64,000 bases of DNA from Rhizodiscina lignyota (taxonomy: Eukaryota), in assembly GCA_010015805.1 (NCBI GenBank), contig ML978121.1, positions 2,914,001 through 2,978,000 of the forward strand. Direction: 5' to 3'. A program made the position numbers and the translations under genes. The notes under the pieces are model-generated. The model saw nothing but the letters and a program-made list of their open reading frames with translations. It made no database searches and was not told the origin of the DNA. Below are positions 23,763-36,408 of this stretch, piece by piece (position 1 is the stretch's first letter; each line of letters opens with the position of its first letter).

Positions 23763-25235
23763 ACTGAGACTCGACTGAGTAGCAGTTGAAAGATAGAAAG
23801 CGGTTGAGAAGATCTGGATCAGAATGAAAGGAAACAGTCTCTTCCTACGCCGTCTTTGAAGGGAGCGAACCAGTGTTTACGAAGTCGAGCAATGAAAGGT
23901 ATACATATCTACGCCGCAGGTCAATGAACAAGGAAGATATGAAAGGATCTGTTGGTCGTCATGAACAGAACCATTCAGCGCCGTTGTTTTCGGCGCCAGT
24001 GTCGCAACAGAAGGCCGACTTGATATTGGAGCGGGTCATGACAAATACGATATCGCCAAGAAATTACCCAGACTTTCCGCCCCACAGCGCCACCCTCTTC
24101 CGCTAGCACTATCGTAAGACATCCGTGAACATTAGATCCTTTTATGTACCCCTTTCACACCACCATAGAGCAATGCAAAAGCTCTTGTTCACCATTGCTC
24201 TCTTTCAAAGTTGATCTTTGGGTTTCCAAGTTTGCTTCATCAGACCCGGGATTGGTACTGCCCGGTTCACAATGTCATACTTTGGTTCCACTTTTTCTTT
24301 TTTGGAAGCTGGATGCATCGCTGCCGTGCGGGAGTCTCTTCGCCCCCTCCGAATCAAAAATGGCGTATAACTGGACCTCCTTATGGCACAGCAGGTGCAT
24401 TGACGTTAGGCGAAGCAGATTGGTTAGCTATTCGACTCTTCTCGCCCGTTTGCATTAAGTGCCGGCTCAAACGCCGCATTACGACATTTAACCTAGTGAC
24501 AACCTACGCATGGAACTATATGCCTCCAAAGCAACGCCACTCGGTATGGCACAGCAGACCAGCTATGCCTCTCATCCTCCAAGAAAGCAATTGCACCTTT
24601 CAAGGACGTTGGTATGGGGCGTATGTCTGTTCCTCTAAGGCACATAGCCTGTATGCTGACCATCACACCCCGCATGCGAGATATCGAGATGTGGTTATTG
24701 CAACTGTTCAAGCGATTGGAGATCTCAGATAACGTCAAGTGCACAGCTAAGGGCGACTCAATTTTAACCCACCCAAAGTTCCGACTTCCTGGAACGGCGC
24801 GTTTCCTGTCAGTGTGTTTGAGATTCTGTAAAATATCGCGGCAGATCGAACACCGGCCCCAAGAGCACAGGAAAATGGTCGTTCACGTATGTGGTTATCC
24901 TTTGCAGGGGGCGTAGTATAGATCAACCTGAAGCGTTCTTTCCATTAGCTCCTTACAGTGACAGAACGACTGGCCTCGATGAAGCTCTGCCACTTTGTGC
25001 GTATTACTCCGCTTGGCTTGCTTCGCTGGCATTGGGGCCCCTTTACCATTTCGATGGGCCATGAGTCCAGAACGACAATGTGAACGGGCAGAACCTCTCC
25101 GGATCTAAAGTGGAAAGCACTACTTAAAGATCCACGATTTCAGGGTCCCTTCTATTTCTAAAGACTTCATATCATTTTCAGCATACCCTCTTTTTGATTC
25201 AACTCAGCTCAAGAAGTGCAGGATTAACCGCAATC

Positions 25236-26435
25236 ATGATGTTGCAGACCCTTCTGCCATGCTCGATCTTTATTTTTCAGGCTAGCGCTATATCGTACTT
25301 TATGCATGGGACATGTGTAACTCTTGCCACCGAAATCGCGCGCAGCAATCCACGAGATTTCTGGCTAGGGGCCAAATACCAAATGGAGACCTCCATAGCC
25401 GACGCTAAGTGGCTCGCTGAAGGGGCCTCAAATTGGCTTAATATCTTAGCAACTCCAGCGAACATGCTGCAGCCTGATCAAAGAATAGAGCGCGACCTGG
25501 TAGAGCGGTGGTTTGGCTTCTTCTTCCGGGCGAAGATAGAAACGGATAGACCCGTATATGACTTCGTGAAAAGTATGAATAAGGACTGGCTGGCAGAGAG
25601 TGGCATAAGCTAACTATTCAAAGATGCTTACAGCCTTATCGCAAGCATGCAGATCACTCAAGATCAAGCCGTCTCTGACGTTCGGTTTTACTGTGACAAT
25701 GATCCCAGAGGAAACTTTGGGGAGCGATGGACCCTTACGATAGACGACCCTGAAGATTTGTATCGGAACTCTAGACGGGGACGAGCTGTGATAGAATTTG
25801 AAGATCATCAAAATGGAGTTAAAACAGCCGGCAGAGGGTGTGGAGCAGGTGCATATTGGGCGATAACGTATACTGCTAAAGACGGAATTGATTATTTCTA
25901 CGCGTTGCAGAATCCCCTCCGTAGTGTCATTACGGTATGGCTACATGCTCTACATGCGTTGCTATGCTGACGAAAGCAGATATGTGACAAGGCTCTCTAC
26001 AAAAAGAAGAAGTACAGCGATCGTCAATCTCTTGATAATGTTGGAAATAGCTTCCAACGATTGATGGGGAGGCAAACACCACTTGGCGCACAGCATACAA
26101 TGACCCAAAATGCCCTTCGCGGTCGCCCTGCGGATAAACTCGCCGACAGCATACTCAGCGCTTCCATACTACACGCGCTCATGCACATCGACCATCCAGG
26201 TCTCCGACTCCCCGGCAACGCCCCGCCAAACGAAGGCGTTAGCACTTATCGCTATATTGACGTCAACCACCGTACCAATGATGCGAGCAGAAGTAACGCA
26301 CAGAATTTCGTCTGGTTCGCAATCGCTGCTCGATTCCACGCAAGCCACTTTTGCTTCGATTGGCGGGACGGTGGTCAGCAGAACTACTACGGCTTAAGTG
26401 ATGGTTTAATCAATTACGATCCACAGCACTGTTGA
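25236..26435 (+). CDS. Secreted zincin/M35-like protein with a degenerate HEXXH motif (HALMH)
   Basis: Signal peptide MMLQTLLPCSIFIFQASA. Introns at about 25573-25623 and 25935-25979. Contains VITICD, ILHALMH and SNAQNFVWFAIA. Confidence 0.7.
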
Positions 26436-26983
26436 TCAAGTGTCAGTTGATTTTGCGGTTCTGCGGACATAGTTTTGATCTCTTCATGCATTCCTTTTAA
26501 CAAACGATTGATTTGTGTCGAATTGCCATTGTCGGCGGAAGAACATATTAGTGTGTATTTTCTTGGATGGCTTGCTAAGGTGGGAATGCCGCAGTCCTCA
26601 CACTCCCTTTAAGACACATGAACGGAGGAACAAGAGCTGCCTATTTATTTGTATTCTCATACATGTAAGAGCAGATCAGATAGGATTCAGAAAAAGAAAA
26701 AGAAAGCGTTTAGGTTGACACAGCCATTATTGCTAAGCCTCCTTGCAAGCAACTCCGAGACTCTGGCGCTAGTAGGTCGCCATTTTAATTACATAACTCA
26801 TTATCTCATATAGCTGCCGGAGCGAACATGTGACTCATTTGAAAAGATCCTCATCTGTATGCTAGTGGAAATTTATTCGAATTATGCTACGAAGTCATGC
26901 GCAGGACGCCATTGAAGCATATGTTGTGAGATATTGGCAAAATGATTGGCCCTCGAAACAACAGATCGTCCAACGTCTTGCGC

Positions 26984-28400
26984 TCACTGTTCGGGCGGGA
27001 AACGTAAGAAGACCCTTAAATCGACGTCTATCCTGCACAAAATCTCCTGCAGAGCTGCGTGAGGCGGCCAATAGAGGTGGTTGAACGAAGGGAGCCTTGA
27101 AGTATGCAGGACTAACGCATCACCTTCATAAATCAAAATTTCGCGTAGCCTAGGTAGCGAAAAAGGTATGCTCTCCACCAGCGACACCAACCACGCCGTA
27201 CGGGACGAGTCCGGTGGAGGAGTACGTCGAGCGGTAGGCGATATCTCTGCTGGAGAAAAGAACGCGCCGGTCCAGGAATCGAAAAAAATCTACAAAATCC
27301 GAACAGTGAGTAAATGGTCACAGTTCTAATTATGCTCTCTTACTGACATCAAAGATCTCCAAGCTTGGAGGTAACAGACGAGTCAATTCAGAACGCTCCG
27401 GAGAGGGTCCCCCAGAGGGGAAGAAGCAGATTGATGGAATCACTATGTGTTTCAGATGATGGAAGCAGCTTAGGTCTAGCCCACCTGGATCCCTCCCTGG
27501 CCAATGAATAGGTAGTCCATCGGCTCGATCAAAGCCTTGTGACAGATCCAGGCTCTCAAGAGAATTTGTCAACGGTGAAAGAGCGGCATGTAGCCTTTCT
27601 GCAGAGAAATTCTCAATCATATAAACACCAGAAACATCCTCGGGCAACATTGTGCACTCTCCTGGAAGCCAGGCTTCTAATTCGTGTAGCGCTCGTGGTA
27701 GTGCGATAATACTAGCGAAGACGTTGAAGTTGTAGCTGCGCTGGAGGTAGCCACCTAAAAGGCGTAATATAGCCACTGATGAGCAGCCAGGTTGCCCTCT
27801 CCATTCGGGAAGTGGTTCGTCCAAGCGCATTAAATCTGAGGCTTCAAGTTCTCTAAGTCCCTCAACCATCAAGAGCCGATGGATCTCAGAGGTATTGAAA
27901 TTTCCCTCAATTACAATGGTACAAATGCGAGGCTTCGGTTCCAGCTCGAGGAAATTGAGAGTGAAATCTTGAGTGGTAAGCCTTGAATAATCAGGAAACG
28001 GATGATGATTTATGAGTCCAGTCGGATCTATGTCTTCGGGAGGGATGCGAATATTCCAGGCCCTGTTTAACTGGAGTCGATTCAAGCCTTGTAAGCCTTT
28101 GAGAACTGCGTCTGCCGTTCTTACTTCATCCTCGTGCTCGATATTGGCGATTTGCAAAGACACTGTACGTACACAACGTCTTAATTCAGGTCGTTCTTCG
28201 AATAAATCTGCGACCAGTACACTTGCCAGAGACAAGTATCCCTCAAAATGTAGGTGGCGTAGCATATGCTCAGAGGCTAGGTTCGAGAAACGCCGACAAG
28301 TCAACGCGAGGCTGCGGAGTGCCGTTTTATCATTGTCAAATAGTGAGAACAGTATCTCCAAGACATCGTCATTGAGATCAATGATGTTTTTCGTAACCAT
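26984..28400 (-). CDS. F-box protein with an LRR-like C-terminus
   Basis: IIDLNDDVLEILFSL...LRSLALTCRRFSNLA, then Leu-periodic repeats, LDLSCFHHLKHI and LLPPSLE. One 3' intron at about 27344-27291. Confidence 0.75.
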
Positions 28401-28617
28401 TATGGTCAGATCATCAACGAAATATAGCAGACAGAAAAAAGTTTAGAAAAAATTGACGTGGAACACCTTCGAGAGCGAAGAGCAGAACTGTGCCACCTTG
28501 GCACAGCATAAGGCGCCTTTCACGGCGGGGAACTTTAGCAATCACAAATACCTACACTGCAGCTTCTTCTCCTAGTACACGCCTTTGGAAGTTAATGCCC
28601 TTCATATTAACTGGTTT

Positions 28618-28885
28618 AAGATGAAGCAGGGAGACCGTGAAAGTTCGAGTTTATGGCCGTGATAGTACGATAGTTTGGAACGCCAAATGGTTGTACGTCG
28701 TTTGTGCTCTCACCAGACAAAAGCTGCACAGAAGCTGAGCTAAAATTGAGGTAGTTTTTCTATAACAGAGCCTTGCGGTATCTGTGTCATCTCATCGCTT
28801 GATACGCGTAGCCCAGCTGTAAGGAGTTGTGAGATGGGCTTTGCGCATACTGATGGAGTGGAAATGGCAGACGGCGGAAGGCTAC
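28618..28885 (+). repeat. Direct repeat copy A (about 270 bp), diverged copy of 33473-33748
   Basis: Shared colinear blocks: gttcgagtttat, gtgctctcacc, ttctataacagagccttgcg, agctgtaaggagttgtgagatgggcttt and ggcggaaggct. Confidence 0.9.
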
Positions 28886-28998
28886 AATAGCTACAATAAT
28901 GAAGGAGCTGGCGGGCACGTGTACGATATCCCGCCTATTCAGTATTTTCACGCCATACTGATTCACGAGTTCTGGAACTGTGCGCGACCCAATCTTGC
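28880..28998 (+). pseudogene. Intron-containing fragment of the class II aldolase gene (inverted copy of 9024-9141)
   Basis: Encodes GYNSYNNEGAGGHV, the intron, then TVRDPIL. The intron acceptor is mutated from TAG to TGG. Confidence 0.9.
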
Positions 28999-29178
28999 TA
29001 AAATGTTTTTTTTGTGGGAGGGAGGCAGTCAGGCGGTGAGGCGTGAAAAGCGAAGAACACAACACTTTTAAGGCGCGTTTCAGCATGTGAGGTCGACTTA
29101 GTACACTCGATCAGGTTTAGAGCTTCGTACGGGCCGAAGATGTGCCTCTCGATTTTGACTAGTAACTGTTGTACTTGT

Positions 29179-29211
29179 GGTTGGGATATGGTTGGGATAT
29201 AGTTGGGATAC
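29179..29211 (+). repeat. Short tandem repeat, 11 bp x3
   Basis: ggttgggatat ggttgggatat agttgggatac, just 3' of the TF stop codon. Confidence 0.8.
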
Positions 29212-29250
29212 GTCTTATACTGGCGCGACTATATCGATCAAGCATCGTCA

Positions 29251-30819
29251 TTAATCCAGATGATATAGATGGAGCCTGCAACATGGTTAGATGACTTTAT
29301 ATCATCACGATGGCTAGGGCAGGTTTAGGCATCTTACCAGTCGTCCATGGTTCCTGGCTTAGTGATCATTTTCCCAGCGTCCACAAGCTGTAGCGTATTT
29401 AACTCTTTTACAAGATCATCTAACATAGCCTTTGCGTACTTCCGAGCCTCCAGAGGGCATATGCTGTTCTTGTAGACGACGCTTAACGGCCATACCAAGG
29501 TCCTGGCGACAGGGCAAAATTTTGGATTAGCAAAAGTCGAAGTCGGCTCGAGGAAGTCTGGCACGCAGCCTAGTACTTCTGTGGCAATCTCGGCCGAGAG
29601 TCTTTGGGCATTTTCCTTGACACTCTCAAAGTAGCGTATCGTGTCGGGCTGGCTGTACATTTCCTTCGTAGCTATGGACGCTCCTGCTGACATGACCTCC
29701 AGCATGAATAGGCGGACCATGCGAAGCGTGTTTTGGTGCTTGGCAGCGCGAGGAGCCTTGTGATGATGGGCAATGTCTTTGTATGCCAAAGGAGGCGTGG
29801 ATTCTTTTGGTTGAATGGTGTAAGCCGTTTCTGCGTTGTCATCTTTCATAAGAGCAGACGCTTCCTGCTCGAGAGCGACGGCTTCATAGAACAGGTCATA
29901 AAGAACGGCCCTGTCCTTTTCAAGCCTGGCCCAAAGCCTTGCCTTGAAGGAGACTGCTTTCTGCAGGATGGTGCTGAATTCTCGGAGGTGATATTTGGGG
30001 TCGATGAAGGGCCCTGCTTTGTCGCACCAGGCTTGAAACTCCGCAGGCAGGTCGACCATTCGCTGCATACAGCTAGCGCAAATATTGTTGGTTATGTGAT
30101 TGTGTAGATGACGACCAGTTTCATACTGAAATTGGTCTAATCCCCTGAGCTGTAGCAGCCGGGTTGCACCAAGGAGATGAGCAGTCCATTCTTCAGGGGA
30201 TCTGGCGCCAGGGAAGATAGTGGCCTCAAAGGTAGCCAGGAGAAGAATTGAGGCGAGGGTCTGGTCGAGGACTGCAGTTGCGGGGTCTGTAAGGGCAGCA
30301 TTAATGCGAGCCAAAGCCAATCCATAGTTTCGCTCCGCCCTATCCATGTACGCCCGACGACCAGTTCGTCGTGCAAAGGTTGCAAAGGATGCGGTGGTTA
30401 TGGCTGACGACAAGGCATCATCCTTACCCAGCCTACATGTCGGATACAGGCTGTGCAAGTAGTCTTGGAAAGGACAAGAGAGTATATACGAGGACATGAA
30501 ATAACACACGGCATCGTAGTCAGTGGCTGTGTTCAGAGTGGCCATGGCCGCCGTGGAGACATGAGAATGACGCTGTTCTTTGGCTTTGCGGGCCACACGG
30601 TCAGTCTCATCCCTAAGACGCAGCTTAGAAGCATCTCTATAGCCCAGGCACGGTATTCCTTTCCGTCCGCATTGTGAGCACCCAGGACGGACTCGATCGC
30701 ACTGGATTGGGTGTGGCTGTTAGATTTGTGTGACACGACTGGACATAAAGCCATCTTACCTTGAGTCGCTTTACCCGACACGCCTCACATGCACTTGATG
30801 GGCGTCCGCTGAAGACCAT
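29251..30819 (-). CDS. Zn(II)2Cys6 transcription factor
   Basis: MVFSGRPSSACEACRVKRLK/CDRVRPGCSQCGRKGIPCLGYRD, YGLALARINAAL and WTAHLLGATRLLQLRG. Two introns. Confidence 0.92.
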
Positions 30820-31514
30820 GGCAAGTAGATAATCCAAGCTACGCAAACTTATGCCGGCGCGATGGCGGGCACAGCGACCTTAATCTTGGTAGAGGGCAAA
30901 AGGGGTATGTCTTTGCGCCCTGCGCCTCTCTAATAAATTCGCCTTGGGGAGCATGGCGTCGATAAACAATTACCCGTGCTGTACATAGTGGGTGGAGTCC
31001 TAGGGTCAAGGGTTACGAAATGCCCACCATATAAGGTTTAGCGTTCTTCTATCCTCCTCCTCCTGCGGCGCCCATTCAGCACCACCCAGCAAAGGATTAG
31101 CCAGGATCCTGAGCCTCAACTAATGAGCCTCGGTAGGATCTGATGCTTAGCGGTGTGATACGCTAAACCTCATACCTGGGAGCATTTCGTAGCTGGTACC
31201 CAGAATTGTTGCCGACAGCCTGCTGAACCCAATTTTGGAGTTACCATTGCCCGAACCAGCATTAAAAATATGCACTGGCACCGAGTAACTACGTCCGCCA
31301 AAGGAGTACCTGTGGGACGTATGGCTGCTATGGCGTCGCGTTCTCCGCATGCCGAGGACAAGATTTCCAACATATTTCTTCTACTTAAACATGCATCATA
31401 CCTTATGAAGGCCGTCTTTCTACGCTGTCTTGTCCGTATTTACCGACACTTTCGTTTGCGACTGTTCCATAGCTTCTTTCAAATCTCTGCCCAGCAGATA
31501 CATCTGCCGCCAGA

Positions 31515-33356
31515 ATGCTGTCTCATTACAACTTAAAACTGGTAGCTCTGCTCTCTGCCATTGGTGGTGTCTGGGCAAAGATGGTCACTACCACAAATGG
31601 AACCATTAACGGCAGCACATGCGACGGCTACGACGTTGACTATTTCTTGGCGATCCCATATGCTGAGCCTCCAGTAGGAGATCTTCGTTTTGCTGCTCCC
31701 GAGCCATACAGCAAGACATACGATGGCGGTGTGCTGAATGCCACATCGCCGGCACCGAACTGCCCCCAGGTTGACACTAGCTTCATCGAGACTGGTGCCG
31801 CCTCTGAAGACTGGTAGGCTGTTATTACCCGATAAGTTCCCCTGCATGCGTTAACATGGGGTTCTTATAGCCTGTTCATCGATATCTGGGCTCCCACCGG
31901 CGCAGTCAAGGGCTCGAACCTGCCAGTCAAAGTCTGGCTGTTCGGAGGCAGCAACACGGCCGGAAGCATCTCAGATGCGCTGTACGACGGTTGCCCCTCG
32001 GCCAAAGACAGCATTGTTGTGTCCATCAACTACCGCCTTGGCCCCCTTGGATTCCTGGCGTACCCGGACGCCGGCATTGAAGGCAACTTTGCTGTTCGGG
32101 ACCAACTTTTAGCACTGAGCTGGATTCAAGAGGAGATAGCTTCCTTTGGCGGTGATCCGGACAAAGTGCTCCTGTTCGGACAGTCCGCCGGTGCCATTGA
32201 TGCCTTTGCCCTCGCCTCTTTGCCTCAAGCACCCTCCTTCTTCCGTGCTGTGGCGATGCAGTCTGGCGGTGGTCGCGACTCGCCGAACGTGGAATGGACA
32301 AAACCGTTCTATTCGAAATTCATTCGCTCCCTAGGCTGCAGCCTGGACAGCGGTGACACTGTTGACTGCCTGCGCAAAGTGTCCGTTACTGATATGAACA
32401 ATACAGTCATCGAACAGGACGAGGTCCCCTCGGGCGGCATTTCCGCAAGTACGATAATTAGCAACAACGGCGTGGGTGGCGCTTGGATACCTGTTGTAGA
32501 CGGCAAAGTCATCCCCGAGAACCCGGCTAAGGTTGGTGTCCGCGTGCCGGCCATCTTTGGCAGCGCTACCATGGACGGTAGCTTCTTCGTTCTCAGCTAC
32601 TACAGGACCTCCGTCATGAACATCACCGAGGCCGATTACGACAAGTTCTTATCGGTCAGCTTCGGACCGCTTGCTATTACCGTGAACAAGACATACCCAT
32701 GGTCTGCCTTCGAAGAATTCTCGCCTTTTCAAGGCTTCGCTGCGATGACGACCATCTACACCGAAAATTCGTTCAAGTGCCCGGCCTACCGCGGCCTCAA
32801 GGCTGCTGCAAGCAAGGGCATCGACGCTTGGGCCTACAGCTTCAACCACACAGACAGCTGCCCGTGGTTTACCTCCATACCAAGCGAGCCTGAGGAACTC
32901 AAGGTATTCGGCCCGACGCACACAAGCGATATCCCTTTCGTCTTTGCACAGACAAAGAACCTTCCAAGGCCCAACGGATCCTGCAACTTTACCGTGGCCG
33001 AGGACGCCATAAGCAACTTCATGGTCAGCGCATGGACGAGCATGGCTGAAAATGGACGGCCAGCCAACAACAGCATGTGGCCAGCTTGGACGCCCACGAG
33101 CAACGAGGGCATCACGATAACCGATGCCGTGAGTACTGGGCCGCTGAACATGACTGTGTGTGAGTTTTGGGATAATATTATCGACGAGTTGTCAAAGATC
33201 GACGCTAATGCTGCAGCAAATGTATCGGCAAGCAATGCAACGGGATCTCAAACTTCTACTCCCACAGAACCTGCAACGTCGGGTAGCAATAGCTTCTGGA
33301 CGTCTAAGGGAAGCATTGCTTATCTGTTTGTCCTCCTAGTTGGCTTCTTGAATTGA
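31515..33356 (+). CDS. Secreted type-B carboxylesterase, probably GPI-anchored
   Basis: Signal peptide, FLAIPYAEPPVGDLRFAAP, SEDCLFIDIWAP, NYRLGPLGF, nucleophile GQSAG and PTHTSD. Ser/Thr linker followed by a hydrophobic C-terminal tail. Intron 31814-31870. Confidence 0.93.
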
Positions 33357-33472
33357 TAATCTTGTTATGAGTAAGGTGTTGTGATGTGGTTTTCGAGACC
33401 ATCCTGTTCTGTCTCTTTCTACGACCGAGAGCATTAGCCAGAGCTTGGATACGGCAGAGGAAATGAGCGTTC

Positions 33473-33748
33473 AAGGATGAAGCTGGGAGGCCGTGGGAGT
33501 TCGAGTTTATAGCCGTTATGGTAGTTTGGAATGTCAAAGTATTGTACGTCGCTGGTGCTCTCACCGGACAAAGGCTGCGCAGAAGCTGGTCTGACAGTGG
33601 AGGTCAGCTTTCTATAACAGAGCCTTGCGACATCCGCGTGTTCTCGTAGCTTGATAAGGTACACGTATGTAGCCTAGCTGTAAGGAGTTGTGAGATGGGC
33701 TTTTGCACATACGGATGGAGTCGAAGAGGGAGACGGGCGGAAGGCTGC
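33473..33748 (+). repeat. Direct repeat copy B (about 275 bp)
   Basis: Colinear similarity to 28618-28885 in the same orientation. Confidence 0.9.
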
Positions 33749-36408
33749 ACCCGAAATTGCCAGGGTCTCGCCAACGTCGTCCCAACTTTAAATCCACCTC
33801 CTCTCAGCGAATTCTCAAATATTTCGTCAGTGCAACGATTGAAGCTTGTCACTATGTGATTGTGCATACCTTCCGACCTCTTGATACTGACGTTGTTCTA
33901 TCAAGGCCGTATTCAAACTCGTTGATGCCTCCCTTCCCTTCAACGCAGCCTGTCAGAAAGGCGCCGGGACAGGTTGTCCTGCGAAAATCGCGGGGAAGTG
34001 AAAGATTCAGCAATGCCAGATCGACACGTTAAACCACTAGCTAGCGGTGGTTGCGCTGTTTAGCCAAATATATGGCCCAGGGCGACGAAGGTCGGAGCTG
34101 CATTGACTGAATCCTGAGACGAGATGCCAACCGAAGAAAGATCATTAGGCCAATTCAATGCCGATTGAAGGCATACAAGAACCCTAGAGTCATGGTCAAA
34201 GGGTCCTCTGAGATTCACTGGAGCTTAGGATCACTATCTGTGATGGTAAAGCCATCAGAAGAGCAACGCGGCATGTGCAGCAGTGTATTCTGAGATGTTC
34301 CTCCTTTTTTCTTCCTGCGAGGCAGTGAGTGGCACAGTGTTCTTATTTGATGATTGTCCATACCTATGTAACTTTTGTTGTTGTTGTCCCTACTGTCTCC
34401 ACACCGCTGGGGCCATCTCCTGTATGTCCGGGTTTGGTGCTAATCGCATTCCTCTTTCTCTCACGCTTGAAAGCGTCTGTCTCTTCCAACAGTGTCCTTC
34501 TTCTTGCTCGAGATGAGCTGTGAAGAGATTTGTCAGGTGGGAAATCGGCCTCTACCACCATGCAGGCGATCGCGTTGCTCGAACCCAGACCGTCCAGCTC
34601 TTGACAGTACTTTGCTCGCTCGCTCATTTAAACGACACTCAGTATCGAAGTCAACTCTGCAATACCACCCGCTACTGTGGAGGAAGGCTGCAGGTGAAGC
34701 CGCAATCTCTGTCGTAAGACGTCGATACAACCCGCTCGTCAGCAGGGCGCAGGTGTTTGCGCACAGGCGCAGGTGAACATCGAACTGCGGTCCTCGCCTT
34801 CAAGAGGAACGAAAAGAGCAAGGACACTGCGCGAGGTTAGCTGTTGCGGAAACATGGTCGGCACAGAGAAGAATTGATGAGAGAAAGCCCGACTCGCTCA
34901 GGGCGACGACACCGAAATGCGAGCTCATGAAAGAGAAACCGATAAAAATGCCCTCCAGGAAACAGTATCATAGGGAGAACAAGCGACTGCATCGATTGTA
35001 TAAAGACAACGCGTTTGTTGTGAGGTGCGAGTGTGATGAAAAAGCTTGGTGCGCTGTGCTAGGGAAATACCCTTGGCGAGGCCATTTATGCGGGGGGGCT
35101 ATTTTCTATCCTTAACTATATATTTAATTTTCAATTATCGGCTATCGTTCCAAGACCTGCCGCTATGGCGCAGCGGCAGCGAGAACTTGAGAGTTTGCGC
35201 CACCAAAAACAGATTGTAAGATCTAACCCCTTTAGTTCAGTACTCACTTGATCTAGTCCAATTAAATAATAAATACCAAAAAAACCAGGTGATGCTGGTT
35301 CTTCTGCACCGACCTGGCAACCCGATATGGGTTAGTTCTAACCTTAAAAAGTTAGGACTAAGGTGGTGTAGTTTTTTTGCATTTTTAATTTCCTTTGCTG
35401 CAAAGAGTTCAAATCCCGCCATCATCATTTTTTTTTTCTTTTGTTTTTTTGGACCGCAGGAATGTCCATGTCGACTTGGTCGTCCTTACCTCAATTTTTC
35501 AACATGAAGTTTGTAATCCCTTCATCCACACGAGCTGCTTTGTTTTGGCGTGCCGCGTGGTCACGGCTCACTAAGCTCGAGAGGATTTCGTGATTATAAT
35601 CCCCGGCAGAATCCCAACGAACAAGGATGAACAATTGAGCCAGCCGACTAATAACAGATATATTATTTCTCCACCTTTTCTGCGGAGCTGCTCCATCGTA
35701 AACCCAGTCTACTACACTATGATTACGCTATACAAAGACCTGTTGGGCTCGACGTGTCTGTGAAACTCAATGTGATTCGAACCTTTCCTTCTAAATCCAT
35801 TTCGCAACCCGTGTGGACGGGCTTACGATACGTCTACATTCTGTATTTTGGATTTGGTAGGCGAAGAACGTCTCCAGGGAGGAAATCCTCAAAAATATAT
35901 ATTGACTGCGCTCAAGTTGTATTCGAGTAATCGAGTTCATCTCATACAAGCAACACTGTCACTCAATTATAGTACCTCAGAGGCACAAAACCGGTTACGG
36001 TTATGCTGCAGAAGGGGATTGCTCTGATAGTGAATGTTTCTGTGTATTGCATCCTGACTTCGAAGCGATGCTGTACTTTTCTACTTGATTGAGATGAAAT
36101 TAAGGCGACAGGGACATCCAATCATCATGTGCACGCTATATCAGTTCACTGAGTGGAGAATATTGCTCTATGCAGAGTCGCCATAGACGCCAACCATTGT
36201 TCGATGTGGTGAATACGACTAAGTTTATCATTTTCAAAGCACAACGTCAGCCTCATTGCGCGATCACAATTTGACGTGTAGATCCATTCACATAATCTGA
36301 TCTTCCACAGCCCAAACGCCATGAAATGCTTATCCTGATGCTCATGCCTATGCTCATACCATTGTTCATACCCATTGTTCATGCCTATTGCTCGTCCCAT
36401 GACGGCAT

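Noticed and set aside
24144..24916. Possible gene between the two secreted-protein genes
   Set aside because: Overlapping short ORFs with no motif or splice support.
34300..35500. Possible decayed or RIP-affected element (AT-rich patch at 35100-35450)
   Set aside because: No recognisable protein frame or termini; the evidence is composition only.
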